From positions 1-64,000 of the IMG/VR virus record IMGVR_UViG_3300046832_001910: a stretch of DNA of 64,000 bases, one strand, 5' to 3'. This DNA is from a virus. Shown piece by piece: positions 48,600 through 57,544 of this stretch; within the stretch, counting starts at the first letter, position 1, and the number at the start of each line of letters is the position of its first letter. The notes below the pieces were generated by a model that was given only the letters and a program-made list of their open reading frames with translations, was not told the DNA's origin and ran no database searches. The position numbers and the translations under genes are program-made.

Positions 48600-48672
48600 G
48601 CATCCTTAGCTCAGTTGGTAGAGCGCTTGCCTTACATGCAAGATGTCGGAGGTTCAAATCCTTCAGGATGTA
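48600..48672 (+). tRNA. tRNA-Val(TAC)
   Basis: Cloverleaf; loop CTTACAT. Confidence 0.93.
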
Positions 48673-48678
48673 CAAAAT

Positions 48679-48761
48679 TGGAAGGTGGGTGAGTGGTTAA
48701 AACCGGCAGACTGTAACTCTGCTCCCTTACGGGTACGGCGGTTCGAATCCGTCCCTTCCAA
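48679..48761 (+). tRNA. tRNA-Tyr(GTA)
   Basis: Cloverleaf with variable arm; loop CTGTAAC. Confidence 0.92.
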
Positions 48762-48766
48762 CATTT

Positions 48767-48840
48767 GGACCTTTAGCTCAGTCGGTTAGAGCATCGGACT
48801 CATAATCCGCAGGTCGTAGGTTCGAGCCCTACAAGGTCCA
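48767..48840 (+). tRNA. tRNA-Ile2(CAT, lysidine type) or elongator Met
   Basis: Loop CTCATAA; GGACCTT/AAGGTCC acceptor resembles known Ile2 tRNAs. Confidence 0.8.
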
Positions 48841-48845
48841 CATTT

Positions 48846-48918
48846 AGTCGATTAGTTCAATTGGATAGAACACTTGACTACGGATCAAGAGATAAGGGTT
48901 CGAGTCCTTTATTGACTA
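48846..48918 (+). tRNA. tRNA-Arg(ACG)
   Basis: Cloverleaf; loop CTACGGA. Confidence 0.92.
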
Positions 48919-48923
48919 CTAAA

Positions 48924-48996
48924 GGTGATGTAGCTCAGTTGGTAGAGCAAAGGACTGAAAATCCTTGTGTCGGCGGTTCGATTCCGTCTATCACCA
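48924..48996 (+). tRNA. tRNA-Phe(GAA)
   Basis: Cloverleaf; loop CTGAAAA. Confidence 0.94.
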
Positions 48997-49007
48997 CAAA
49001 GTAATAT

Positions 49008-49079
49008 TCCTCGGTAGCTCAGAGGCAGAGCACATGACTGTTAATCATGGGGTCGGGATATCGTAATTCCCCCGGGGAG
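49008..49079 (+). tRNA. tRNA-Asn(GTT) with non-canonical T-loop
   Basis: Loop CTGTTAA; T-arm GGGAT-ATCGTAA-TTCCC. Confidence 0.82.
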
Positions 49080-49086
49080 CAAATAT

Positions 49087-49160
49087 TGGAATGTAGCTCA
49101 GTTGGTTAGAGCACTTGCCTGATACGCATGTGGCCGGCGGTTCGAGTCCGCCCATTCCAA
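49087..49160 (+). tRNA. tRNA-Ile(GAT)
   Basis: Cloverleaf; loop CTGATAC. Confidence 0.9.
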
Positions 49161-49165
49161 CATAT

Positions 49166-49239
49166 GGTGGTCGTAGCTCAGTAGGTAGAGCACTGGATTG
49201 TGGTTCCAGTCGTCGCCGGTTCGATCCCGGTCGATCACC
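49166..49239 (+). tRNA. tRNA-His(GTG)
   Basis: Cloverleaf with G-1:C73; loop TTGTGGT. Confidence 0.93.
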
Positions 49240-49244
49240 CAAAA

Positions 49245-49315
49245 GGCACCGTGTCCGAGTGGTTAGGCGAAGGTCTGCAAAACCTTTTACACTGGTTCGA
49301 ATCCAGTCAGTGCCT
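49245..49315 (+). tRNA. tRNA-Cys(GCA)
   Basis: Cloverleaf; loop CTGCAAA; U73. Confidence 0.92.
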
Positions 49316-49324
49316 CTAACATAT

Positions 49325-49397
49325 ACGTCTGTAGCTCAGTTGGTAGAGCACTGGTCTCCAAAACCAGGTGTCGGTGGTTCGAGCCCATCCAGTCGTG
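49325..49397 (+). tRNA. tRNA-Trp(CCA)
   Basis: Cloverleaf; loop CTCCAAA. Confidence 0.93.
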
Positions 49398-49413
49398 CTA
49401 ATACATAAACCAA

Positions 49414-49863
49414 ATGAAAGTGTTCAGAAAGACAAATGGGGTCAAGGTAAATGTGATTGAACACACCCTTGAACAGCTAAGGAATTTTCCTTATGCATCG
49501 ATTCACATCGGTACTGATTCTCAAAATCATGGAGATGTAACGGTTTATAGTACTGTCATTGCATATCGCTTTGGAAACACTGGTGTGCACTATATTGTGC
49601 ATAGGCAAAAATTCCCAAAGATTTCTGATATGTGGACTCGTCTTTGGAAAGAAGCAGAAATGAGTATTGAAACTGCTGAATGGCTAACACAACAAATTAA
49701 TGTTAAAATCTCTATTGATATGGACTATAACGGAGATGAAGGTTTCAAATCAAATAAGATCATATCAGCTGCAAAAGGCTGGGCAAATTCATTAGGATAT
49801 CCGGTTAATGTAAAGCCTAATGAACAAATTGCTACAAGGGCAGCAGACTATTGCTGTCGCTAA
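49414..49863 (+). CDS. RNase H-fold protein, YkuK/DUF458-like
   Basis: IHIGTDSQ, RLWKEAEMS and A.RAAD motifs; embedded in the tRNA array. Confidence 0.8.
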   Translation: MKVFRKTNGVKVNVIEHTLEQLRNFPYASIHIGTDSQNHGDVTVYSTVIAYRFGNTGVHYIVHRQKFPKISDMWTRLWKEAEMSIETAEWLTQQINVKISIDMDYNGDEGFKSNKIISAAKGWANSLGYPVNVKPNEQIATRAADYCCR

Positions 49864-49864
49864 C

Positions 49865-49949
49865 GGAAGGTTACCCAAGTGGTGAAGGGGGCAGTTTGCT
49901 AAACTGTTAGGTCGGCAACGGCGCGAGGGTTCGATCCCCTCACCTTCCG
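49865..49949 (+). tRNA. tRNA-Ser(GCT)
   Basis: Cloverleaf with long variable arm; loop TTGCTAA. Confidence 0.93.
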
Positions 49950-49999
49950 CTCTTTCAGAATGTAACTTTATGTATTATTATTAAATAAATAGTTTAGGT

Positions 50000-50197
50000 A
50001 TGAAACAGGATTTTATTTGGGTACGTAAGGTTATCCTAAACAATGATAATAGAACAGCTCATTATGACTCTTTATTGAGGTTAATTGAGTTGTTTACATT
50101 AAAGTGGAAACACAATGAAAAGGATCCACGCTTTCATGATGCATATGTTTCATATAAAGCTTTTTTGAAACTTACCCTTAGACAACAATATAATTAA
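50000..50197 (+). CDS. Small hypothetical protein
   Basis: 65 aa ORF. Confidence 0.5.
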   Translation: MKQDFIWVRKVILNNDNRTAHYDSLLRLIELFTLKWKHNEKDPRFHDAYVSYKAFLKLTLRQQYN

Positions 50198-50232
50198 ACC
50201 AAACAGAGTTTTAGCATATAAAAATAAAAGGT

Positions 50233-52110
50233 ATGGCCGTAAGTGTAGAAAAGAGGTATCAAAAACTTACTGATACTGAGCACGTTCTCCTTCGTCCGGG
50301 TATGTACATTGGTTCAATTAAACCACATACCGAGGAAGTTTTTCTTATTAATGAAAAGAAAGGAAAGTTTGAACCTACAGAGATTACTTATAATCCAGGG
50401 TTTATTAAACTTTTTGATGAGATCGTATCCAATTCAGTTGATGAACATAAAAGAAATCCTAATCTTAACCAGATTAAAGTTACAGTAGATGAAGTAACTG
50501 GTCGTATATCAATCTGGGATAATGGTGGAATACCTGTAGAGATTCATAAAGAGTACGGAGAATGGGTTCCTGAAATGATCTTTAGTAATCTTAAAACAGG
50601 AAGTAACTTTGATGATACCGAAGATCGTACTGTTGTTGGTACCAATGGCGTTGGTAGTACTCTTACCAATATATTTAGTAAAGAATTTAGAATTGAAACA
50701 TGTGATGGCAAAAAATCATTCTTACAGATTTTTTCAAATAACATGTCATCTAGGACAGAGCCGGTAATTAAATCTCATAAGAAAGGCTATACTGAAATTT
50801 CATACATTGCAGATTTTGATAGATTTGGAATGAAGAAGATTGATAAGTCTTCTCTACAAATGATCCAAAGAAGGCTTTATGATATTGCTGCATGTAATAC
50901 TTCACTAAAGATTTATCTTAATGATACCTTAATATCATTTAAGAACTTTAAGGAATACGCTGAACTCTATACTGATAATGTTTTTTATGAGCAGTCTCAA
51001 AATTGGAGAATTGGTATAGGTCATTCTACCTCAGGATTTAAAGCAATATCATTTGTAAATTCAGTAGAGACTAAAGACGGTGGTACACATGTTAATAATG
51101 TAACATTTCAAATCATTCAGTATCTTAGAGAAAAGATTAAGAAAAAGTACCGTGTAGATGTAAAGCCTACTGACTTAAAACAACACATCTTTCTATTCAT
51201 TGACTGTACTGTAATTAATCCGGCTTTCTCATCTCAAACAAAAGAGAAACTCATTACTGAACCAAAGGACTTTGGAAGTATTCATGAACTTTCAGAAAAG
51301 ATACTTAAACAAGTATTTGGTTCAGAAATCATTCAATCGGTTCTTGATTGGATTGAAAGAAAACAAGCAGCCGAAGAAAGAGCAAAACTTAGAAAGTTAA
51401 ATAATAACCTTGATAAGTCAAAGGTAATTAAACTTATTGATGCTAAGAAAACGGGAGATAGGAAAGGATGTACCCTTGCAATCTTTGAAGGTGATTCTGC
51501 ATCATCTGCATTCCGCCGTTACCGTGACCCACAAACACAGGGTGCATTTCCTCTCCGTGGAAAGTTTATTAATGTAAGAGAAATTCCTGACTCAAAGGTT
51601 GTACAAAATAAAGAAGTACAATCTCTTATGGCAGCAATTGGATTAAAGATTGGTCATGAACCAAAGGATCTCCGTTATGGTAAAGTTTTACTTTATACCG
51701 ATGCCGATGTTGATGGTAATTCAATTTCTGCTCTTCTTATAAACTTCTTTGGTAAGTATTGGCCTGAATTATTTGAGGAAGGTAAAATCTTAAAGGTTGA
51801 AACACCTCTTATGGTTGCAAAGAAAGGAAAAGAAACTCTTAGTTTTTATTCTGATGAAGAGTATAAAGAATGGGAACAAAAACAAAAATCATTATCTTCG
51901 TGGAATATTGAATATAAGAAAGGATTGGCTGCATTGGAGGACGAGGAATATCAGGAGATCATTAGAAGCCCTAGATCATACTTTCTTACAAAAGATAATG
52001 GATTTAACAGTACATTAAATATCTGGTTTGCAGGTGACTCTACACCCCGCAAAAAGAAAATTTTAGGAGAATCTGTAGAAATTAAAACAAGCAATAAATC
52101 TCTTTTTTAA
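50233..52110 (+). CDS. Type II topoisomerase ATPase/TOPRIM subunit (gp39+gp60 fused)
   Basis: HVLLRPGMYIG, GTNGVG, EGDSA, PLRGK, DADVDG and YKKGL motifs. Confidence 0.95.
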   Translation: MAVSVEKRYQKLTDTEHVLLRPGMYIGSIKPHTEEVFLINEKKGKFEPTEITYNPGFIKLFDEIVSNSVDEHKRNPNLNQIKVTVDEVTGRISIWDNGGIPVEIHKEYGEWVPEMIFSNLKTGSNFDDTEDRTVVGTNGVGSTLTNIFSKEFRIETCDGKKSFLQIFSNNMSSRTEPVIKSHKKGYTEISYIADFDRFGMKKIDKSSLQMIQRRLYDIAACNTSLKIYLNDTLISFKNFKEYAELYTDNVFYEQSQNWRIGIGHSTSGFKAISFVNSVETKDGGTHVNNVTFQIIQYLREKIKKKYRVDVKPTDLKQHIFLFIDCTVINPAFSSQTKEKLITEPKDFGSIHELSEKILKQVFGSEIIQSVLDWIERKQAAEERAKLRKLNNNLDKSKVIKLIDAKKTGDRKGCTLAIFEGDSASSAFRRYRDPQTQGAFPLRGKFINVREIPDSKVVQNKEVQSLMAAIGLKIGHEPKDLRYGKVLLYTDADVDGNSISALLINFFGKYWPELFEEGKILKVETPLMVAKKGKETLSFYSDEEYKEWEQKQKSLSSWNIEYKKGLAALEDEEYQEIIRSPRSYFLTKDNGFNSTLNIWFAGDSTPRKKKILGESVEIKTSNKSLF

Positions 52111-53453
52111 TGGAAAAAAGAACAGTAACATCATTCTTTGATAAAGAATATTTGGAGTATGCAAAATATGTGGTAGAGAACCGCGCTATTCCAAGTTGTA
52201 TTGACGGCCTTAAACCAACCCAAAGAAAGGTTGTTTTCGTTGCAAATAAGATTTGGAAAAATGGATCTGAAAAGCCAATGAAATTATTCCAACTTGCAGG
52301 TCGTGTAGCAGCTGAAGCATATTATCATCACGGTAATACTTCCTTGGAATCTGCTATGGTTGGTATGGCACAAAAGTTTAAGAACTCTTTACCTCTCTTA
52401 GATGGAATAGGTCAATTTGGTTCTCTGCGTTCACCTTCTGCTGGTGCACCTCGTTACATCAGTGCAAAATTACATCCTAACTTTAGACTAATCTATCAAG
52501 ATTTTGAACTTCTAAATAATAAGATTGAAGAAGGTGAAGAAATTGAACCAGACTTTTTTCTTCCGATTGTACCAACTGTGATCTTAAATGGATCATCCGG
52601 TATTGCTGTAGGATTTGCTACAAACATTCTTAACCGCAATCCTAAAGATGTAGTTGAAGCATGTTTGGCCGTTCTTAGAGATAAGAAGATTAAAACCCTT
52701 TCACCTTGGTTAAGTGAGTTCAAAGGAACATTTACCAGAGATCCAGGTAATCCTAATACATGGAAAATAAGTGGATCTTACCAGGTAGTAAATAGTACAA
52801 CAGTAAAGGTAACAGAAATTCCACCTTCATTTACATATGAGAGATATGAAGAGTGGTTAAATTCATTAGTTGAAAAACGTATTATTGTTGATTATGAAGA
52901 TAACTCATCGGATAAGATTGAATATCTTCTTAAGTTTCAGAGAGCAATCTTAAAGGACTACATATCAAAAGATAGGTTAGAAAATCTTCTTAAGATACAT
53001 TCACAGGAAACTGAAAACCTAACAACTATCGATGAAACTGGTAAACTAAAGATCTTTACTAAGGCAGAAGATATTGTTACTCACTTCGTAGGAATAAGAC
53101 TACAATTTTATCATAAGAGAAAGGCCTATCTTTTAGATAAGTTAGGTAGAGAACTTTTAATCATATCAAATAAGGCAAGATTTATTAAGGATATCATTGA
53201 AGGTAAACTTAAAGTAAATAATGTAGCAAAAGATATTATTGTTAAGTACCTTGATGATAATAAATATGACCGGGTTGATGGATCATATACATACCTATTA
53301 AGTATGGCAATCTATTCATTAACAAAGGAGCGGTTTGAAGAATTACTTAAACAGAAAGCCGATAAGGAAGCTGAGGTTGAAGCTATTAAGAAAACCGACC
53401 CTAAGGATATGTATATAAGTGATCTAGAACAATTGAAAAAATCTTTAGGTTAA
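52110..53453 (+). CDS. Type II topoisomerase breakage-reunion subunit (gp52)
   Basis: RAIP..IDGLKP.QRK, YHHG, APRY (catalytic Tyr) and GIAVGFAT motifs. Confidence 0.95.
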   Translation: MEKRTVTSFFDKEYLEYAKYVVENRAIPSCIDGLKPTQRKVVFVANKIWKNGSEKPMKLFQLAGRVAAEAYYHHGNTSLESAMVGMAQKFKNSLPLLDGIGQFGSLRSPSAGAPRYISAKLHPNFRLIYQDFELLNNKIEEGEEIEPDFFLPIVPTVILNGSSGIAVGFATNILNRNPKDVVEACLAVLRDKKIKTLSPWLSEFKGTFTRDPGNPNTWKISGSYQVVNSTTVKVTEIPPSFTYERYEEWLNSLVEKRIIVDYEDNSSDKIEYLLKFQRAILKDYISKDRLENLLKIHSQETENLTTIDETGKLKIFTKAEDIVTHFVGIRLQFYHKRKAYLLDKLGRELLIISNKARFIKDIIEGKLKVNNVAKDIIVKYLDDNKYDRVDGSYTYLLSMAIYSLTKERFEELLKQKADKEAEVEAIKKTDPKDMYISDLEQLKKSLG

Positions 53454-53493
53454 TGAAACCTATTAGGATTAATCAATATAAAAAATAAATACC

Positions 53494-53661
53494 ATGAAAA
53501 AGTACATCATAGTTGGAAGTGGGGTTAAGTGGACATGTGAAGCCAGTTCTGAACAGGAAGCATGGGAATCTCTTGCCCAGATTAAACAACTACCTGTAAA
53601 AGAACTCAAAAAGATGTTTACATTAATGAACTCAGATCCAGATATCTCTAAAAATCAATAA
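53494..53661 (+). CDS. Small hypothetical protein (55 aa, not in ORF track)
   Basis: MKKYIIVGSGVKWTCEASSEQEAWE...; follows a promoter motif at 53456-53481. Confidence 0.55.
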   Translation: MKKYIIVGSGVKWTCEASSEQEAWESLAQIKQLPVKELKKMFTLMNSDPDISKNQ

Positions 53662-53663
53662 AC

Positions 53664-53891
53664 ATGTTAATAGAACAAACCTCGATGACAGACTCATCAA
53701 TGATTAAAAAAGCAGTTTACAATTTTTCTGCTAGTACCTTAAAAATTGAATTTAACTCAGGTGCTGTTTATGAATATTCAAATGTTGATTCTCAAACATA
53801 TGAAGAGTTTTGTAAAGCAGAATCTCAAGGTAAATTCTTTAATGAAAAAATCAAAAACAATTATCAAAACTTTAAACTTTTATTAGACTAA
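53664..53891 (+). CDS. KTSC domain protein
   Basis: SSMI...Y.....L.IEF.SG.VYEY..V.......AESQGKFFN. Confidence 0.88.
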   Translation: MLIEQTSMTDSSMIKKAVYNFSASTLKIEFNSGAVYEYSNVDSQTYEEFCKAESQGKFFNEKIKNNYQNFKLLLD

Positions 53892-53893
53892 TT

Positions 53894-54148
53894 ATGGGAC
53901 CTAGTAATGTAATGTATGATGCCCTTAAGGCACAATTTGAAGCACAGAAGCAAAAGGCTCTTGCTACTCTTACAATCTATTTAACCAACCCGGTTGGTAT
54001 TGGGGAGCACCCTCAACATATTGATGAAATGGTTACTATGACCAGATCTTTGGCTGAGGCAATTGATTGTATTGAAACTTTAGAAAAAACATTTGAAGTA
54101 AAAGCTCCTAAGGTAAATGAAAACGAGGAAAATGAAAACTCTAACTGA
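53894..54148 (+). CDS. Hypothetical phage protein
   Basis: YL.NPVGIGEHP motif. Confidence 0.65.
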   Translation: MGPSNVMYDALKAQFEAQKQKALATLTIYLTNPVGIGEHPQHIDEMVTMTRSLAEAIDCIETLEKTFEVKAPKVNENEENENSN

Positions 54149-54359
54149 AATCGTACAGAGACTACTTGATGAAGGCCATATCTCTGCCGAGGAAGCTGTA
54201 ATCATTTTACAAACAGAGGTAAATAAATCTTACCCAGTTTATATTCCAGCACCTATGCCTTCATTACCTTATAGCCCACCATTTAAGCCTGGTGATATTT
54301 GGTATACTTCATCAACAAACTTTCCAATAGCAGGTTCAAAAGATAACACAAATGAATAA
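54132..54359 (+). CDS. Hypothetical protein
   Basis: MKTLTEIVQRLLDEGHISAEEAVIIL; start 54117 or 54132. Confidence 0.55.
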   Translation: MKTLTEIVQRLLDEGHISAEEAVIILQTEVNKSYPVYIPAPMPSLPYSPPFKPGDIWYTSSTNFPIAGSKDNTNE

Positions 54360-54831
54360 AGTAATCCTAGTAGGAAAGGCTGCGGCTGGAAAAGATCATA
54401 TGAGAAAAGTAATGGAAGGCCGTGGATTTATCTACGGCACTTCTTATACTACACGTCCTCCAAGAGAAGGTGAAATTGATGGCCAGGATTATTACTTTAT
54501 GACCAAAGAGCAATTTGAAGAAGGTATAGAGAATAACTTTTGGTATGAGTGGGTTGAATTTAATGGTTGGTATTATGGAACTAGTCATAAGCAGTTCAAA
54601 GAACAGTGTAACCTATTCATAATGACTCCTATTGGAATCTCTCACATCAATCCAATTGATCGTAAAGAGTGTACTATCATTTATCTTAATATGCCAACTG
54701 AGGTAAGAAGACAAAGACTACAGAATCGTAATATGCCAGGTGATACTTTAGAACGTAGAATCGAGGCTGATGAAAAAGACTTTGCAAACTTTACCGATTT
54801 TGATATTGAGATAAACAATCATAATTTCTAA
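54352..54831 (+). CDS. gmk: Guanylate kinase
   Basis: GKAAAGKD, TTRPPREGEIDGQDYYF and YYGT motifs. Confidence 0.9.
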   Translation: MNKVILVGKAAAGKDHMRKVMEGRGFIYGTSYTTRPPREGEIDGQDYYFMTKEQFEEGIENNFWYEWVEFNGWYYGTSHKQFKEQCNLFIMTPIGISHINPIDRKECTIIYLNMPTEVRRQRLQNRNMPGDTLERRIEADEKDFANFTDFDIEINNHNF

Positions 54832-54845
54832 CATATAAAAATAAA

Positions 54846-55445
54846 ATGAGTAAATTCATTATCATTGAAGGTACCGATAATACCGGTAAAGATACACAGC
54901 AAAATCTTATTATAAAGAATCTTAAAGATACAGTATTTCATAAAGTACATTATTCATCTTTACCTTTTAAAGATGATACTGAAATGCATACTAAGTATTC
55001 ACATAAGATGTATAATGATATGTTTAAGATGATGGTTTTGGCAAAGGACCAAGACATTAACATTATCTTTAATCGTTCTCATTTAGGTGAAAGCATTTAC
55101 TCTCCACTCTATCGAGGTTACTCTGGCGATTATGTATTTGATATTGAAAAACAATATGTAAATACATTAAGAGAAAATCTCTATCTTATTACTCTTACAA
55201 ATGATCCTCATACCATTTGGAGTAGAGATGATGGAAAATCATTTTACAAAAATGAAGAAGGTATTAAAGCCGAGGTTGATGGTTTTGTTCGTGCTCATCG
55301 CCTAAGTAAGATTAAGAACAAACTTCTTCTTAATGTTGGTACAATGAGTGCCGATGAAGTATCTAAAATCATTATAGATTTTCTATCACATGAAAATACT
55401 ATAACGGGAGATCCAAAACAATTAGCAATGTTTGATCATGAGTAA
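54846..55445 (+). CDS. Thymidylate-kinase-like dNMP kinase
   Basis: IIEGTDNTGKDT and FNRSHLGE..Y motifs. Confidence 0.78.
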   Translation: MSKFIIIEGTDNTGKDTQQNLIIKNLKDTVFHKVHYSSLPFKDDTEMHTKYSHKMYNDMFKMMVLAKDQDINIIFNRSHLGESIYSPLYRGYSGDYVFDIEKQYVNTLRENLYLITLTNDPHTIWSRDDGKSFYKNEEGIKAEVDGFVRAHRLSKIKNKLLLNVGTMSADEVSKIIIDFLSHENTITGDPKQLAMFDHE

Positions 55446-55626
55446 ATGGAGGGAAGAACGTATGTATGAAATAATGCATCATCTATGGGATAATCCAAAG
55501 TTGATGGAATTGTATGAACTTGAAATGAAAAAGGCTCATGCAGAAAAATATGTAGAAGAGTTCTTTCCAAAAATGGAAAAATGTTACGAAAAAGCTTTAA
55601 AAGAATATGAGAATTTACAAGGGTGA
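55438..55626 (+). CDS. Small hypothetical protein
   Basis: ORF overlapping both neighbours. Confidence 0.5.
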   Translation: MSKWREERMYEIMHHLWDNPKLMELYELEMKKAHAEKYVEEFFPKMEKCYEKALKEYENLQG

Positions 55627-56488
55627 AACGTTTGCTGACGTTTATCAAACAGCACTTAATGATGTACTTAATTACCCAGAGTATGTAACCTCCCCAAGAG
55701 GTATGAAAATTTTTGAGGTAACTAATGCTGCACTTGTTATTGAAGATCCAACATTCCCTCTTTATGAAAATAAAAGAAGAAGTAGTCAATTCAAATACAT
55801 AGGTGCAGAATTAGTTTGGTATTTTACAGGCCGTAGAGATACTGCTTTCATTTCTAAATTTGCAAAATTCTGGGAACAGATTGATAACGGAAATGGTACC
55901 GTAAATTCTGCTTATGGCAGTCTTATCTTTGCTGATAAAAATATTCATAATATTAATCAATACCAATGGGCATTACAGTCCTTAATTGAAGATAAAGATT
56001 CTCGTCAAGCAATTATACATTTTAATACTCCTAATCATCAATGGAAAGGTAATAAAGATTTTGTTTGTACTTTAACTGGTGTTTTTCAGATCCGTGATAA
56101 TCAATTAAACTTTACCATTGATATGAGATCAAATGATCTTATACTTGGTACTCCAACTGATGTTGCATTCTTCTGTCTTTTACAACAGCAAATGTATCAT
56201 CATCTTAAGAAACACTATCCTGAATTGGAAATGGGTACATATACTCATATTGTACATTCACTTCATATTTATGAAAGACATTTCTCGCTAATTCATGAAA
56301 TGCTTCAACAGTCTTTTGATCCAATCAGTTTTCCTGAAATTAGAGAGTTTCTGATTGATCCTAACGGTAATCCATTAGATGGCATTAAAGAAATTGAAAA
56401 TGAAATTGAATCAGGTGCCCAAGAAATTCGTGTAAAAGATGACCCTTTACATAATTGGATATCCGATGCGATTTTTATGGATATATAA
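55607..56488 (+). CDS. Thymidylate-synthase-family enzyme, likely dCMP hydroxymethylase (gp42-like)
   Basis: SRQA, KDFVCT, MRSND...GTPTD (Asp at the pyrimidine specificity position) and SLHIYERH motifs. Confidence 0.78.
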   Translation: MRIYKGETFADVYQTALNDVLNYPEYVTSPRGMKIFEVTNAALVIEDPTFPLYENKRRSSQFKYIGAELVWYFTGRRDTAFISKFAKFWEQIDNGNGTVNSAYGSLIFADKNIHNINQYQWALQSLIEDKDSRQAIIHFNTPNHQWKGNKDFVCTLTGVFQIRDNQLNFTIDMRSNDLILGTPTDVAFFCLLQQQMYHHLKKHYPELEMGTYTHIVHSLHIYERHFSLIHEMLQQSFDPISFPEIREFLIDPNGNPLDGIKEIENEIESGAQEIRVKDDPLHNWISDAIFMDI

Positions 56489-56506
56489 AAAAATAGCCAT
56501 AGCTCA

Positions 56507-57457
56507 ATGAAACACATCAAACTCTTTGAAGAATTTATTAATGAAGCAGTAGAAGATAGCGGTCTAAAGAAAGTCTATCTCGCTACTCGTCGTGATAGCG
56601 GACAAAGATGGTGGTCATATAAAGGATTTGCTGGTGATAAATTCTTTATCCAAGTAACTGAAAATAATATTGATAAGTTGGATATTAATCCTGACTATCC
56701 TGTATTAAATTATCATAGTACTATTGTTGATGAACTACTAAAGAAAGGAAAGATTAAAGAAGAAAATATCTATAATCATCCAAAGTACATTCCACTATCC
56801 GGTTCAAAGAAAGAGTTTCATAAACTTGTAGGTGAAGATGAAAATGTTCCTAAAACGGTTTACTCAAAGAATGAGGCATTAGAAAAGTTAAACTTTCCTA
56901 TTATTGCAAAACCTGCAAACGGTCACAGCGGAATAGGAATCCAGGTAATTAAGAAACCTGAATTGATGGAAGATATTGATGAGAAAGTATTTGATACTTT
57001 TTCTGAATATGTTGATAAGGTTGAGGAAATGAGATTCTTTAACTTTAAAGGTCAACCTATCTTTTGGATGGAAAGAACACCTGCAAACAGTAAAGCTAAG
57101 TCTGGTGATGGTAAGACTGATGAAGAGATGGAATTTAATTATGCAAAAAGAAACGTAGATAAAGTTCCTGCTGATTATAAGAAGGTCTTAGAAAAGTACT
57201 GTAAGATTTTTGAAAAGTTTCCTTACATCTGTTTTGATATGATGAAGGATAAAAATGGTAAGATCTTTGTAATTGAATCAAATGCCCAACCTGGCGTACC
57301 TTTTGATAGTACGGTTCAAATTTACAAAAAGATATATGAAGATTTCTATGGCAAACCGCTAGACGAAAAATCTCTTCAAAAACTGGATGAATACTCCAAG
57401 GAAATGGTTGAAAGAACGCTAAAACGTGATAGTGGAAGATTTTCAATAAAAAATTGA
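56507..57457 (+). CDS. ATP-grasp (RimK-like) ligase with an N-terminal MKHIKLFEEF motif
   Basis: VPKT, FPIIAKP..GHSGIGI, CFD and IESNAQPG motifs. Confidence 0.8.
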   Translation: MKHIKLFEEFINEAVEDSGLKKVYLATRRDSGQRWWSYKGFAGDKFFIQVTENNIDKLDINPDYPVLNYHSTIVDELLKKGKIKEENIYNHPKYIPLSGSKKEFHKLVGEDENVPKTVYSKNEALEKLNFPIIAKPANGHSGIGIQVIKKPELMEDIDEKVFDTFSEYVDKVEEMRFFNFKGQPIFWMERTPANSKAKSGDGKTDEEMEFNYAKRNVDKVPADYKKVLEKYCKIFEKFPYICFDMMKDKNGKIFVIESNAQPGVPFDSTVQIYKKIYEDFYGKPLDEKSLQKLDEYSKEMVERTLKRDSGRFSIKN

Positions 57458-57475
57458 AAAAAGTCTACAAAAAAT

Positions 57476-57506
57476 TTTCAATTCTCGTTTTTTTGTTTTA
57501 TATTTG
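57476..57506 (+). promoter_or_regulatory. Putative early (host-type) promoter
   Basis: TTTCA-N18-TATATTTG. Confidence 0.62.
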
Positions 57507-57544
57507 TACTGATGGTATATTAATACTATCTTAAATCAAATAAT

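Noticed and set aside
47412-49408. ORF-track entries across the tRNA region (47412, 47421, 47509, 47946, 48303, 49045, 49115)
   Set aside because: They overlap clear tRNA cloverleaves and are shadow ORFs of GC-richer RNA genes
47415-49949. Theta (HDV-like) or hammerhead ribozymes at tRNA 3' ends
   Set aside because: I could not build the nested double pseudoknot or find a CUGAnGA/GAAA core by eye; the spacer elements are reported as unassigned instead
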